Both the position numbers and the translations under genes were made by a program. The notes beneath the pieces are model-generated. The model saw only the letters and a program-made list of their open reading frames with translations, did no database searches and had not been told where the DNA came from. From Sminthopsis crassicaudata (lineage: Eukaryota), in assembly GCF_048593235.1 (NCBI RefSeq), contig NC_133619.1, forward strand, positions 362,280,454 through 362,344,453: a stretch of 64,000 nucleotides of DNA, in the 5' to 3' direction. Of this stretch, positions 21,442-33,290 are shown piece after piece (the first letter of the stretch is position 1; every line of letters starts with the position of its first letter).

Positions 21442-23080
21442 TTATGGTATCTATAGGTATCTGACACCAAAATCAGGGAGCAAAAATGAGCAGGTTAAGC
21501 CTCCTAAATTGATCAAAACAACTAGCCAAACCCCAGACAGATCCAAAATTCCAAATACAAACAATCATCACTGTGGAGTATAGTAAGAAGAAGCTACTAG
21601 GTATTAGATAAGTCATTTCACTTTTCTCATCATCAGTTTCCTCATCTGTAAAATGAGGCAGTAAATATGACTAAACAATCTTGAAGGTAATTATTCCAGC
21701 TCTAACATTTCATGATACTGAAGTCTTTATTCTTCCTTCCAGAGATCCTTCAATCCCTAGTAGTGTTGGAAACAAAGCTTGGTAACAAAGGTGTTGACAT
21801 CCACTGTCCTGTTCTTAACTGTCCTCAGAACATATGCAAAAAGCTTGAAAGAATATTGCTACTTCTGGAAGAAGCAAGGGTGACTTGTTAAGTCACAGTT
21901 TTTTTTTCTTTTGTTTTCACAGATAGTTTATTCCCTGAGTCCTTAGCTCTGGCTACAGCCCTATCCCATTATCCCTCATTCATAAGATTATTAAATCCAA
22001 AACAAAATGAAATCAATGAGAGAGTTTTGGAAGTATGCTTCCTATTCCTTCCCTAAAACAAAAGGTGAGTCCGTTTTTCCACAAATCATTTTTTTCACTC
22101 CTGGTTTGTCAGCAGCTCCTGTTGACATAACACACACATTTCCCCCCTTTTTTTTTCCATTGCATTTTTACTATAATTGGAGATTTAGAAAAGCTGCGTT
22201 TTCAGTTGCAAGAACATCTCCAGTCCTTTGCTAAGACTTGTTCTTAACCACCTGTCCACATTCCACCGGTTGGCAGGCAGGCATCCCAAACAGAAACTAC
22301 AATCCTTTCAGCCTTTCGCCATCTGAATAACAACAACAACAAAAAAAGTCTGTTTTTTGCTGTCCGCCTTTTGGAGGAATTCTGAGGTTCAGACCATTTC
22401 CCATGCGCAAATCTAAACTTTGTTGAATTCAATGGAATGGGTAAATCTGGACTGAATTTTTGATAGTTCTGGCAAGAAAATGCAAAAGAAACTAAAACTC
22501 ATGGCTCCTTGGCTTTAATACTCAGGAGGAAGACTTTTGGTGATATTGGAAACCTTCTAGGCTCAACAACAGACTAAATCTGTGCTGGCACTCCTGAGTA
22601 TCTGATGCAATGGAAGAATTTTCCTGCCTGACAAATAATAGGACACAGTACTGACACCATTCAGCTTCTAAGGAGGAAGACATAATAAATAATGGAATAT
22701 CATTAACACATATCCTTTAGGGTGTTTCTCCCCTCCTTCTGATGAGAAATGTGTGATTCTTGTTTAATACCACACAACATACACCTATTAAAACAAACAA
22801 ACAGAAATGCCAGTCATTACTGCTAAATCATGAGAACTTCTGGGTCTATGGGAAAACAGAATGAAATGATGTCTACTTTATTTACTTACATAATAGGTAT
22901 GTCTTTAAAAACAAATCTTTTACTTCAAAACTTCATGGTTACACATGGAAATGCATGCACAAAACATATGCATGTATCTTTTTCCACAGACATATTCAAC
23001 ATCTTCTTTATGAAAGGTGTGTATCCCAAGGTTGACTTCCCAAGCTTCCCAAGTCTTGTCTCCCAAAAAAGCTCACCCCT

Positions 23081-23082
<2 letters not shown>

Positions 23083-23118
<36 letters not shown>
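23083..23118. repeat. (AC)18 microsatellite
   Basis: Read directly. Confidence 0.95.
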
Positions 23119-23120
<2 letters not shown>

Positions 23121-23306
23121 ACCTAATAATCCCTGAAATTCTACTATTGGGGTTGCTGTTTTTGTTACCTTTTAAAGCATAATAGATTTTGAGTCACATC
23201 AAGCCACTTGCATGGATTAGTATCCTGATGTCACATAAGCTATAAATCCCAAGTCCCAAAGCTATAAATAATTTTGATGGTGAGAAGGAAAAATTAAAAG
23301 TTTAGA

Positions 23307-23497
23307 GAAGGGTTCTTAGCTTTCTTTTGTGCCACGGATCCCATTATCAGTCTGGTAAAGTCTAAAGACCCCTTCTCAGAGGAATACATAAAACAAAACA
23401 CATAAGATTACAGAGGAAATATTAAGATACAGTTATCAAAAAAACCAAACAAACATGTTTTAAAAAAGTTCACAGACCTTAAGTTAAAAATCTCTGC
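23307..23497 (+). mobile_element. hAT-Charlie (Charlie4-like) MITE
   Basis: gggttcttagctttcttttgtgccacggatccc...gaccccttctcag...aagttcacagaccttaagttaaaaatctctg. Confidence 0.6.
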
Positions 23498-23502
23498 TCT
23501 AA

Positions 23503-23967
23503 CTTACATGAACTAATGCTGAGTGAAATGAGCAGGACCAGATCATTGTATACTTCAACAAATCATACTTTACGATGATCAATTCTGATGAACCAAATCA
23601 GTTCCAATAGAGCAGGAATGAACTGAACCAGCTACACCCAGCGAAAGAACTCTGGGAGGTGACTATGAACCACTACATAGAATTCCCAATCCCTCTATTT
23701 TTTTATCCACCTGGATTTTTTATTTCCTTCACAGGCTAATTGTACACTATTTCAAAGTCCAATTCTTTTTGTACAACAAAACAACTGTTTGTACATATAT
23801 ACATATATTGTATTTAATTTATACTTTAACATTTAATTATGTATTGGTCAATCTGCCATTGGGGGCAAGGGAAGGAGGGGGAAAATTAGAAAAAAAGGTT
23901 TGGCAATTGTCAATGTTGTAAAATTACCCATGCATATACTGGTAAATAAAAACTATTAAAATAAAAA
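23503..23967 (+). mobile_element. Short 5'-truncated L1 (ORF2 end plus 3'UTR plus polyA) with 17-bp TSD
   Basis: cttacatgaactaatgctgagtgaaatgagcaggacc (LHELMLSEM) through polyA. TSD aaaaatctctgctctaa at 23486-23502 and 23968-23984. Confidence 0.92.
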
Positions 23968-24711
23968 AAAAATCTCTGCTCTAAAGCATGAGGTGCTCTC
24001 CTTAGAGGACAGATTTATATGGGGTGCCATAGCAGAGAACCTGATGCCTGAGAGACAGACCCAATCAGAGAAAACACAGAAAGTGAAAGGACTAAACACC
24101 AACTAAACCTACATGTTTTGGGTGTCCCTCAGGTCAGTGCTTGGAACAGCAAATGTTAGCCAACAAAGCAGCATCCATCTGAACTGAACTGCAGGAGATC
24201 AAAGAAATAAGACATATGACCTGATGTTGAAGAGCTCATAACCAAGCAGGGAAGACATAAAAGAACTTTATGGAGCATCGTACAATTCAGTCCACTCACA
24301 CAACTCTGGGGGAAAACTGCATGCGAATGGCCACCTGCATCCTGGGCTCTCCGGAAATTAAAACTTGAGACATCTTCAAGACCTATTCCTTAAGGTATTT
24401 AGTCTTCCCTGAGTTTTCAGAGTCTACCTCCTTCTACATTCACTCTTCATTGTTTGTCTGTTGCTGTCACCTTTGATTTCTGTGACAATTCTCAGAATGT
24501 GGTTTGTAATCAGTTTGTTTAATAGTTTCCATATAACATGTATGTGACTTGCTTTATTTTTTCAAATTAGATTGTAAGCTCCTTGAGGGCAAAGATCATA
24601 TCTCAAATCTTTCTATATCTCTCTACAGCACTGGAATAGTTATATGCATATAGGAAGAATTCAATAAATAATAGATCCTTATTTTATGGTTTATGACATT
24701 GTTTCTCTCTT

Positions 24712-24928
24712 CAGCAAGAGTTCTTAATTTTTTTGTGTGTCATGGGTCCATTTGACAATACAGTAAAGTCTATGGACCCCTTTTCCAGAATATATCCTTT
24801 TTTAAATAATAGAAGGAAATGCTAAATTTCATTCAGAGGTATTTTGCAAGAAAATATGTAATCTTTTTTCCCATTCAAGCTTATGGACCCTCTAAAATCT
24901 ACTCACAGACCCCAATAAGAATGTTCTG
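24712..24928 (+). mobile_element. hAT-Charlie (Charlie4-like) MITE
   Basis: gagttcttaatttt...gtcatgggtcc...ctatggacccc...gaaggaaatgctaaatttc...cagaccccaataagaatg. Confidence 0.6.
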
Positions 24929-25584
24929 CACCCAGTGATTTCTATATAATATTCACTTCAAAAATGTTTGTTAAATTTAACTGTATTGAATGAATAGAAA
25001 ACCTGCCTCTGTATGTATGGAGAGTTCCAATAAGGAACTTAAGACAAGAGCTCCAAAACCCATTGCAGAGAAAACCATTCTCCAAAATGGCCATCTTCAT
25101 TTATTAAACTAAATGGGTTATTATTCAAATTTCTACATAGCCTGAGAAGGTTGTTAAAAAAAATAAAACAACAACAAACGAAAAGGATGGAGGTCAGTCC
25201 TGGGTCAAAGGAACTCAGACTGCTAAAAAAGATCGTTTCTTGCATAAGACTAAATTCCTGGGGGAAAATTAATAATAATTATTATAATGACCCTTTGCAT
25301 CTGCAGAACACACTTCTGAGAATGGTTAGAGGTGCCCTGCAGATATTATGTTATTAACTCTTGCTCCAAACCTGGGAGGGATATGAGGGTACATATTATT
25401 CTGCCCATTTCAGAGATGAAAAAAACAGATTCAGAGAGAAGAGGTGAATTGCCTTATGAGACCTTGTGAGTCAGCACCAAAATTAGCATTCAAAACTTGT
25501 TTTCTTTGAATCTATATGATTGGGATACCAGTCTGAACTGTTGTTAATGATAATAATAATAGTTTAATAATTGGGTTTTCAAGA

Positions 25585-25775
25585 GATAGCATGGCCTAGA
25601 GGATTTCATGCCATCTTAAATTTAGAAGACCTGCTTCTTCTGTATGACTATAAGCAAATTACTTAATATCCCAGTGCTTCAGTCAACTTTCTACAATATT
25701 GATGAAGTTACTTATTTAGTAGAAGGAGTATACACATAGAGGTTCCCCACATTAATGAAATCACACGTCTGAACA
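25585..25775 (+). mobile_element. Marsupial MIR-related SINE (MIR_Mars/MdoRep1-like)
   Basis: MIR-like head plus tail ...ggttccccacattaatgaaatcaca; similar copies at 28745 and 56585. Confidence 0.5.
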
Positions 25776-26670
25776 TTAAAAAGTGGATTGTTTTAAGATT
25801 ATTCAGCACTTTCCCATTCATTATCATATGTAACCTTCACAACAATTTTTTTTCAGGTAGGTAATATAATCAATCACTAAGCATTTATTAAGTACCTACT
25901 ACGTATGAGGCACTATGCTAAGGGTTAAATATAAAGCAAAGATAGTCCCTAAAGCCAAGGAGCTCACAAACTATAGATAATATTTTATTTTACAATACAA
26001 AATGACCTTTTTTCCCTAAGAAAAAGTGAGTCATTTAAAAAATAAATAAATAATAGAATGGGATATATTGGGGAGGTATTGGAAAGTGAGTTATCTATTA
26101 CTGTATGGCTAGTAGATGACTGTGCCTTGACTCAAACCCTACTCTTTTTGATGTCTAACTCAGTGCAAGAGTTTAATTTTTGTTTTTGTACCTCTAGAAC
26201 CCAGTGCGAAATAGAAGATTAATGTATGTTTGCTGAATTGAATCAAATCTTTTCGCCAACTCATTCTGTGTCATCAGTGATTCTTTTATTTTGGACTTGG
26301 AATATTTTTTATTCTCTATTGCCACATTGTAACTATCTCTCTTTGACTATCATTACTCAGCAATCTCTTCCTTTGTAGGTTTGTTTTATCCAAATATATC
26401 ACTAAATAAAAATTATTCTTGTTATACCAGTAATATACCAGTGGCCGGATCATTGTTCCTTTTTTTCTCAAAGAATTTAGTATCTGGAATAGACTTTTCT
26501 CCAACCTAACTCTCATCTATATATTTGAGAATTTTAAAGTTATGCTGTTTTCCCCTCAAACAACCTGGCTTCCCAGGTTCATTAGTTTCCTAATTTCCAT
26601 GATTAAAATTTAAGTATATTAAACCTATCAATAACTCTGCCCCAACCCCCACACTTTTAATTCTTTCTCT

Positions 26671-26782
26671 GGCAGCTTAGGCGGTGCAGAGAAGAGAGTG
26701 CCGGACCAGGAGTCTGAAGAATCATCTTAATAAGTTCAAATCTGGTCTCTGACTCTTACTAGCTGTATGACCCTGGGCAAGT
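26671..26782 (+). mobile_element. CORE-SINE 5' part, truncated by the assembly gap
   Basis: ggcagcttaggcggtgcag...agttcaaatctggtctc...gaccctgggcaagt then N run. Confidence 0.75.
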
Positions 26783-26957
26783 NNNNNNNNNNNNNNNNNN
26801 NNNNNNNNNNNNNNNNNNNNNNNNNNNNNNNNNNNNNNNNNNNNNNNNNNNNNNNNNNNNNNNNNNNNNNNNNNNNNNNNNNNNNNNNNNNNNNNNNNNN
26901 NNNNNNNNNNNNNNNNNNNNNNNNNNNNNNNNNNNNNNNNNNNNNNNNNNNNNNNNN
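26783..26957. other. Assembly gap (175 N)
   Basis: N run read directly. Confidence 0.99.
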
Positions 26958-27139
26958 AGTGATTTTTCTCCTTGCCAAGGCCAAACCTTTGCTCTCAACT
27001 ATATTCATGTGGCTGTGGCTAATAAATTTAACCCTTCAAGTCTCAGTTTCCTCTCATGAAAAATATAGGGATTGTATGTACAAGGTCGGCCTCTCTTAAT
27101 GTGCTCCTAACCCCATCCATAGCCATCTCCTCTGGAAAC

Positions 27140-27780
27140 TTGCCTCATTGAGCATTCCCTTTCTTTTATCTTTAATCTTTCCCTATCTACTAGCTCTTTT
27201 GCTGCTGTCTGAAGACATATTCATATCTACTCTCAGCCTTTTAAAAACCTTCCCCCGAGCTTTCTATCTCTTTAGATTATCATTGTATTTTTCGCTTTTC
27301 TTTCACATACAAAACTCTAAAAAGACTTTTGTATCCATACTTTCTTCCCACTACCTATTTAACTTTTCAACCCTATGCAATCTGGCTTCTCTCTCTCTCT
27401 CTCTCCCCAATTCCTTCTGACATAAAACATCTTTCTCCAAGGTTGCCAGTGAGCACAATTGCTAAATTCTGGCCCCTAACTCTTTCCTCTCCCCTGACAT
27501 CCCCTTCCCCTGCTGCCATATCCAATTAGCTGCAAAGTCTTGTCCTCCCCAGTATTTGCCATATTCATGCCTTTTCTCCTTTCAAAAGTTACTGCCCAAA
27601 TGTAAGCCATCATCATCTCTGGGGTCCACCACAATAGCTTCCTGTCTCTATGATATATGTCATTCTCCTCACCAAGCCATGATCCACACAACCACCAAAA
27701 TACAGTTCCTCAAGCAGAGGTATAAAATAATAAAAGTACTCTGCCTGGTATTTAAAACCCTTCACAATCTAGCCACCAGG
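27140..27780 (+). mobile_element. L2 LINE fragments
   Basis: Pyrimidine-rich L2-like sequence (tctccaaggttgccagtgagcac...; tttaaaacccttcacaatctagcc). Confidence 0.55.
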
Positions 27781-28744
27781 GGCTTTATGTATGACTTCAG
27801 AATGATAGGGCTCATGTAGTGCTCACTACAGAGTACTATACTTACAATATGTGTATCCAGAAGGATTCATCCTAAAGCTATGAAGTTAGTAAGCACTGTT
27901 TGCTTTGGAGGGCCTTCAGTGTGGTATGGTGGAAAGAACACTTTTTCTCAGTTTAGAGGACCTGAGTTCAAATCCAGTCTCTACCAGCATCTCTATAACC
28001 TTGGGCAGGTAATAATACTTTTCAGAATGTCCATTCTCCTTCCAGCTCTAAATTTATGACCCTACCATGCTTTCCCAACATTTCCTTACTTATTCCCATT
28101 TCTGATAAAGCTGACTATTCAAAAAGGCAGCCTCATGGCCATTCCCCCAGGGAATGGCTAGAAGCCAAAAGTTCTGAGTTGAAAGGATTTGATAATTTTT
28201 GTTCAGATATTAGTAGACAAAGTATCATTCTTCCTAGGACTACCTGCAGTTGAACACCATGACTCAAGGACTGAAAATTCTTTGTGACACAAAGTACTGA
28301 ACTATATTGGTGATATGGGCACAAGCAGGTAAAGAAGATAATTAAGGTCAGCCTTCTTAGAGCTCTTCAATTTATGATTAACTAATGATACCCACTGCAG
28401 TTATTCCTAAGGCCATCCCAATCAGATTCGATTTCTTACAAATTTTTTTATTTTCCCCCAATAGAAAGATAATTTTAGATTATTTGTGTGGCTGTTTATA
28501 CTTGGTCACTTAAGGTCTCTCCTAAACCTCCATCTTATGATCTTTTGAAATTAAGTGAAAGATAAAGGGGCTGGTCATCTAGGTGGGACCATGGATAGAG
28601 CCACCAGCTTTGGAATCTGTAGGACCTGAAGTCAGATCCACTCTCACTATCTTGAGATACTAGGAAAGTCACTTAACCTCAATTGCTTTTCAAAAAAAGT
28701 GAAGGAGCACAAAATAAAGAATAAGAACAATAATGGAGGATAGT

Positions 28745-28965
28745 CAAATACAGGGAATAGAGAGCTGGCCCAGGAGTCAGAAGGAGTTCAAAACCTGCCT
28801 CTTAAATATGTTGGCTATATGATCCTAGGAAAATTGTGTATTGTCACAGTGTCCCAGAAAATTCTTTAAGATTGAAAAGGTCCTGAGGAGGTCCTGAGAA
28901 GCATTAGTATAGAAAGTTTCTCTCCAAAGACTTATTTTCCTACACCAAGGAAATCAAAATCCAGT
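28745..28965 (+). mobile_element. Marsupial MIR-related SINE (MIR_Mars/MdoRep1-like)
   Basis: agagctggcccaggagtcagaaggagttcaaaacctgcc...cctacaccaaggaaatcaaaatccag. Confidence 0.5.
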
Positions 28966-28980
28966 TAAAAATAATTTATT

Positions 28981-30091
28981 ATAACTGGGAAAACATTTTT
29001 ATAGTTAAAGGTTCTGATAAAGGCCTCATTTCTAAAATATATAGAGAATTGACTCTAATTTTTAAGAAATCAAGCCATTCTCCAATTGATAAATGGTCAA
29101 AGAATATGAACAATTTTCAGATGACGAAATTGAAACTATTTCTACTCATATGAAAGGGTGTTCCAAATCACTATTGATCAGAAAAATGCAAATTAAGACA
29201 ACCCTGAGATATCACTACACACCTGTCAGATTGGCTAAGATGACAGGAACAAATAATGATGAATGTTGGAGGGGATGTGGGAAAACTGGGACACTGATGC
29301 ATTGTTGGTGGTGTTGTGAATGGATCCAGCCATTCTGGAGAACAATTTGGAACTATGCTCAAAAAGTTATCAAACTGTGCATTCCCTTTGATCCAGCAAT
29401 GTTATTACTGGGCTTATATCCCAAAGAGATATTAAAGAAGGGAAAGGGACCTGTATGTCCCAAAATGTTTGTGGTAGCCCTTTTTGTAATGGCTAGAAAC
29501 TGGAAGTTGAATGGATGTCCATCAATTGGAGAATGTCTGGGTAAATTATGGTATATGAATGTTATGGAATATTATTGTTCTGTAAGAAATGACCAACAGC
29601 ATGAATACAGAGAGGTTTGGAGAGACTTACATGAACTGATGCTGAGTGAAAGGAGCTGGACCAGGAGGTCATTATATATTTCAACAACAGTACTACATGA
29701 GAATCAATTCTGATGGTCATGGCTATCTTTGACAATGAGAAGATCCAATTCAGTTCCAATTGATCAGTGATGAACAGAACCAGCTATACCCAGAGAAAGA
29801 ACACTGGGAAATGAGGGAGGACTGCTTGCATTTTTGTTTTTCTTCCCAGATTATTTTTATCTTTCTAAATCCATTTTTCCTTGTGCAACAAGAGAACTGT
29901 ATTAATATGTACACATATATTGTATTTAAGATATACTTTAACATGTTTAACATGTATGAGACTGCCTGACATCTAGGGGAGGAGGTGGAGGGAGAGAAGG
30001 GAAAAGTTGGAACAGAAGTGATTACAAGGGTCAATGTTGAAAAATTATCCATGCGTATGTTCTATCAACAAAAAGTTATAATAATAAAAAA
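28981..30091 (+). mobile_element. Young 5'-truncated L1 (ORF2 C-terminal domain plus 3'UTR)
   Basis: ORF 29093-29713: ...MQIKTTLRYHYTPVRLAKM...CWRGCGKTGTLMHCWW...; 3'UTR with G-rich stretch and A-rich end. Confidence 0.95.
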
Positions 30092-30297
30092 GTAAATATA
30101 TATATATTATAATTATATAATGCTTTGATTTTAAAAGTATTTTCACATCCAATATAGTAACAACTCACTTTTATGTAACACTTGAACTACAAAATCCTTT
30201 AGTCCCCTCACAAGTTTGTGAAGAAATATACATATTCCCATTTTACGATAAGGAAACTGAAGCTAAAGAGATTAAGTATCTTACCAGACATAGTTGT

Positions 30298-31358
30298 TTT
30301 TTTATTTAGAATTTTTTTTCCACAGTATATATGCATGAGTAATTTTTTTTATAACATTATCCCTTGTATTTATTTTTCCAAATTATCCCCCCTCCCTCTA
30401 CTCCCTCCCCTTGATGACAGGCAATCCCATACATTTTACATGTGTTACAATATAACCTAAATACAATATATGTGTGTAAATACCATTTTCTTGTTGCACA
30501 TTAAGTATTAGATTCCGAAGGTATAAGTAACCTGGGTAGATAGACAGTAGTGCTAACAATTTACATTCACTTCCCAGTGTTCCTTCTCTGGGTGTAGTTA
30601 TTTCTGTCCATCATTGATCAACTGGAAGTGAGTTGGATCTTCTTTATGTTGAAGATATCCACTTCCATCAGAATACATCTTCATACAACATTGAAGTGTA
30701 CAGCGATCTTCTGGTTCTATTCATTTCACTCAGCATCAGTTCATGTAAGTCTCTCCAAGCCTCTCTGTATTCCTCCTGCTGGTCATTTCTTACAGAGCAA
30801 TATTCCATAACCTTCATATACCATAATTTACCCAAACATTCTCCAATTGATGGACATCCATTCATTTTCCAGTTTCTAGCTACAACAAAAAGAGCTGCCA
30901 CAAACATTTTGGCACATACAGGTCCCTTTCCCTTCTTTAGTATTTCCTTGGGATATAAGCCCAGTAGTAGCGCTGCTGGGTCAAAGGGTATGCACAGTTT
31001 GATAACTTTTTGGGCATAGTTCCAAATTGCTCTCCAGAATGGCTGGATTCTTTCACAACTCCACCAACAATGTATTAGTGTCCCAGTTTTCCCACATCCC
31101 CTCCAACATTCATCATTATTTGTTCCTGTCATCTTAGCCAATCTGACAGGTGTGTAGTGGTATCTCAGAGTTGTCTTAATTTGCATTTCTCTGATCAGTA
31201 GTGATTTGGAACACTCTTTCATATGAGTGGATATAGTTTCAATTTCATCGTCTGAGAATTGTCTGTTCATATCCTTTGACCATTTATCAATTGGAGAATG
31301 GTTTGATTTCTTATAAATTAGGGTCAGTTCTCTATATATTTTGGAAATGAGACCTTTG
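30298..31358 (-). mobile_element. Young 5'-truncated L1 with 15-bp TSD, inserted in a MIR, in sense orientation to GLI2
   Basis: ORF 30668-31396 is L1 ORF2 C-terminus. TSD accagacatagttgt at 30283-30297 and 31359-31373. Confidence 0.95.
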
Positions 31359-31388
31359 ACCAGACATAGTTGTAAGCAAAGGTTCTCT

Positions 31389-31449
31389 GATTCCAAAGCT
31401 ACTGATCAATTTGATTTTGATTCCCAAAGCTACTGATCAATTTGATTTT
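31389..31449. repeat. Two-copy tandem duplication, ~31-bp period
   Basis: gattccaaagctactgatcaatttgatttt followed by gattcccaaagctactgatcaatttgatttt. Confidence 0.9.
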
Positions 31450-32794
31450 CCCATATTCTCTTTTCTCCTCTTTTAAAGGACAGAGCACTTTAGGACCCAA
31501 GATGAGGCTAGAGGTTGCTCATTTCTACAGGGAAACTGCAATTACATTCCCTTTATGTCCAGGATGAATTTATAATCAGGGAGGAAGTTTTTAATTTTCT
31601 TTTCCCCTTTAAATTAGTAAGCTGATTTCCCCTGTGAGTATCTCCTTTTTCCTCTGTTGTTTTTCCCTATCTCAGATATAGTCAAGTTAGAACTTTCTTT
31701 CCATAAAATTTTGGAAGGAGGGAGTTTAACTTATCAGACTTAAAGTTAGCACTTACAGATACTCGATCTTTGAACTTGAACTAGACTTTGAAGAGACAGA
31801 AGTGCTCAGCTCTAGGGCTGTAACATAGGCAATTTTATAAGTTTAAATTTTGTGAACTTCTGTAAAATGAGGATAATATTATTTCCCCCCTTCTTACAGA
31901 TCTGTGTGGGGAAAAAACAAACAAACTTGAAATCTGTCAAGTGCTATATGATGTTAGAATATTATGCAAAATTATTAAGGCTCTCTCCAAGCCTTTGTTT
32001 TGGAGAAAGGGTTAATTACATTCTCAAGGCAATATTCTTATGTAGGCCTTTCTTAGACAAAGGAAATCAGAGATCCAATGCCTGCCTTTATGATAGTGGT
32101 GACCATCATATGGTAATATCATCAAATCCATAGAGATGTTGACTCTAGAGTGGTTATCTTCAAGGCTTGGCATCCTTTGAGAATGAAGGGAATAAATATG
32201 TTCCAGGGGAAGAGAAGTAGTCTTGGAATGCTCATCCATTCTCATAACTAGTGCTATCTGAGAATTTGGGAGATTTTCTGGATTACCACAATAAATATCA
32301 ATCACTGCCTAATTCACCACATTTTGCCACACTTAGCTTTGGGGGTTTTCTTTCTCATTTAGGATATAGACCACTAATGTATCTGGTCCTGGAAGACTGT
32401 AATGAATGGGAAAATGGTTTGGCGGCCTTCCAAAAAGAGGAGGGATATTCCCTTCAATGTCTTCTGCTCCCCCCTGCTGGACTCTCAGCTGCTGTCATCA
32501 TGTCCTCTGACAACAGAAAAATATGCAAACAGTTCTTTTTTGCCCCTCTTCTTCAGCTAAATCCCAAGAGAAGCTTCTAAACATATGTTAGTGATTACTT
32601 TGTGGTCTAAATGATTCCTCTTCCCCTGCCCTGGCCCCCTGGTATTTATAGGGTTAGGCAAGTTTGTAAGTAGGTATTGTGACAAAGTTTATAGCACCCT
32701 GTCTCCCTGCTGAGGCACATACTTGTGAAGTATAAGCTAAGAATTTCTACATTCTTAATGACATTTTCTAGTACTCTGAGATCTATACATCCTA

Positions 32795-33290
32795 CACAAA
32801 ATCACAGAATTTCAGAATTGGAATGGTCTCAGTGGCCATCTAGTTGACCTTTTACTCAAATGGAATCTCTCCCTATGACACACCTAACACTGGTCATCCA
32901 ACTTTGCTCTCAAGACTTCCAATGAGCAAGGGATCTATTACCTCTTGAAGCAACTAGTTCTACTTGTGAGCAGTACTAATTGTAAGTTTTTATTGACTTA
33001 AGCCAAAATCTACCACTTTTCAACTTTTATGCACTGCACTTACTTCTAATCTCTGACAAAACAAAAATAAAAACGAGGCATATCCCTCCTTATAAGCCTA
33101 TCCTCTGAATATTTGAAGACAGCTATCATGTCTCCTGAATCATCTGTTCTTCAGGTAAAAATTCTCAGGTTCTTTTAACCAATCTTCACATCCAATCCAT
33201 AAAATTAAGGCCCTTTATTATACTGGTTACCTCTCTCTGGACAAATCCTGATACTGTGCCATCTCAAATGTGAACTGATTTGAACAATAT
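32795..33290 (-). mobile_element. L3/CR1 LINE 3' fragment
   Basis: cacagaatttcagaattggaa...ggccatctagt...ggtcatccaactttgctctcaagacttccaatgag...; typical antisense CR1 3' region. Confidence 0.6.

Noticed and set aside
23307-24928. Initial assignment of these MITEs to MER20
   Set aside because: The internal sequence does not fit my recollection of MER20; Charlie4-like fits better, pending a Dfam search.
26736-27099. ORFs spanning the first N run (likewise 42597-42866)
   Set aside because: Open only because they cross assembly gaps.
31389-31449. Repeat of about 30 bp as a CRISPR-like array
   Set aside because: Only two abutting copies, no spacers, eukaryotic context.
32024-32580. ORFs of 93 and 109 aa in unique sequence
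   Set aside because: No recognisable domain, no convincing splice context, and lengths expected by chance.
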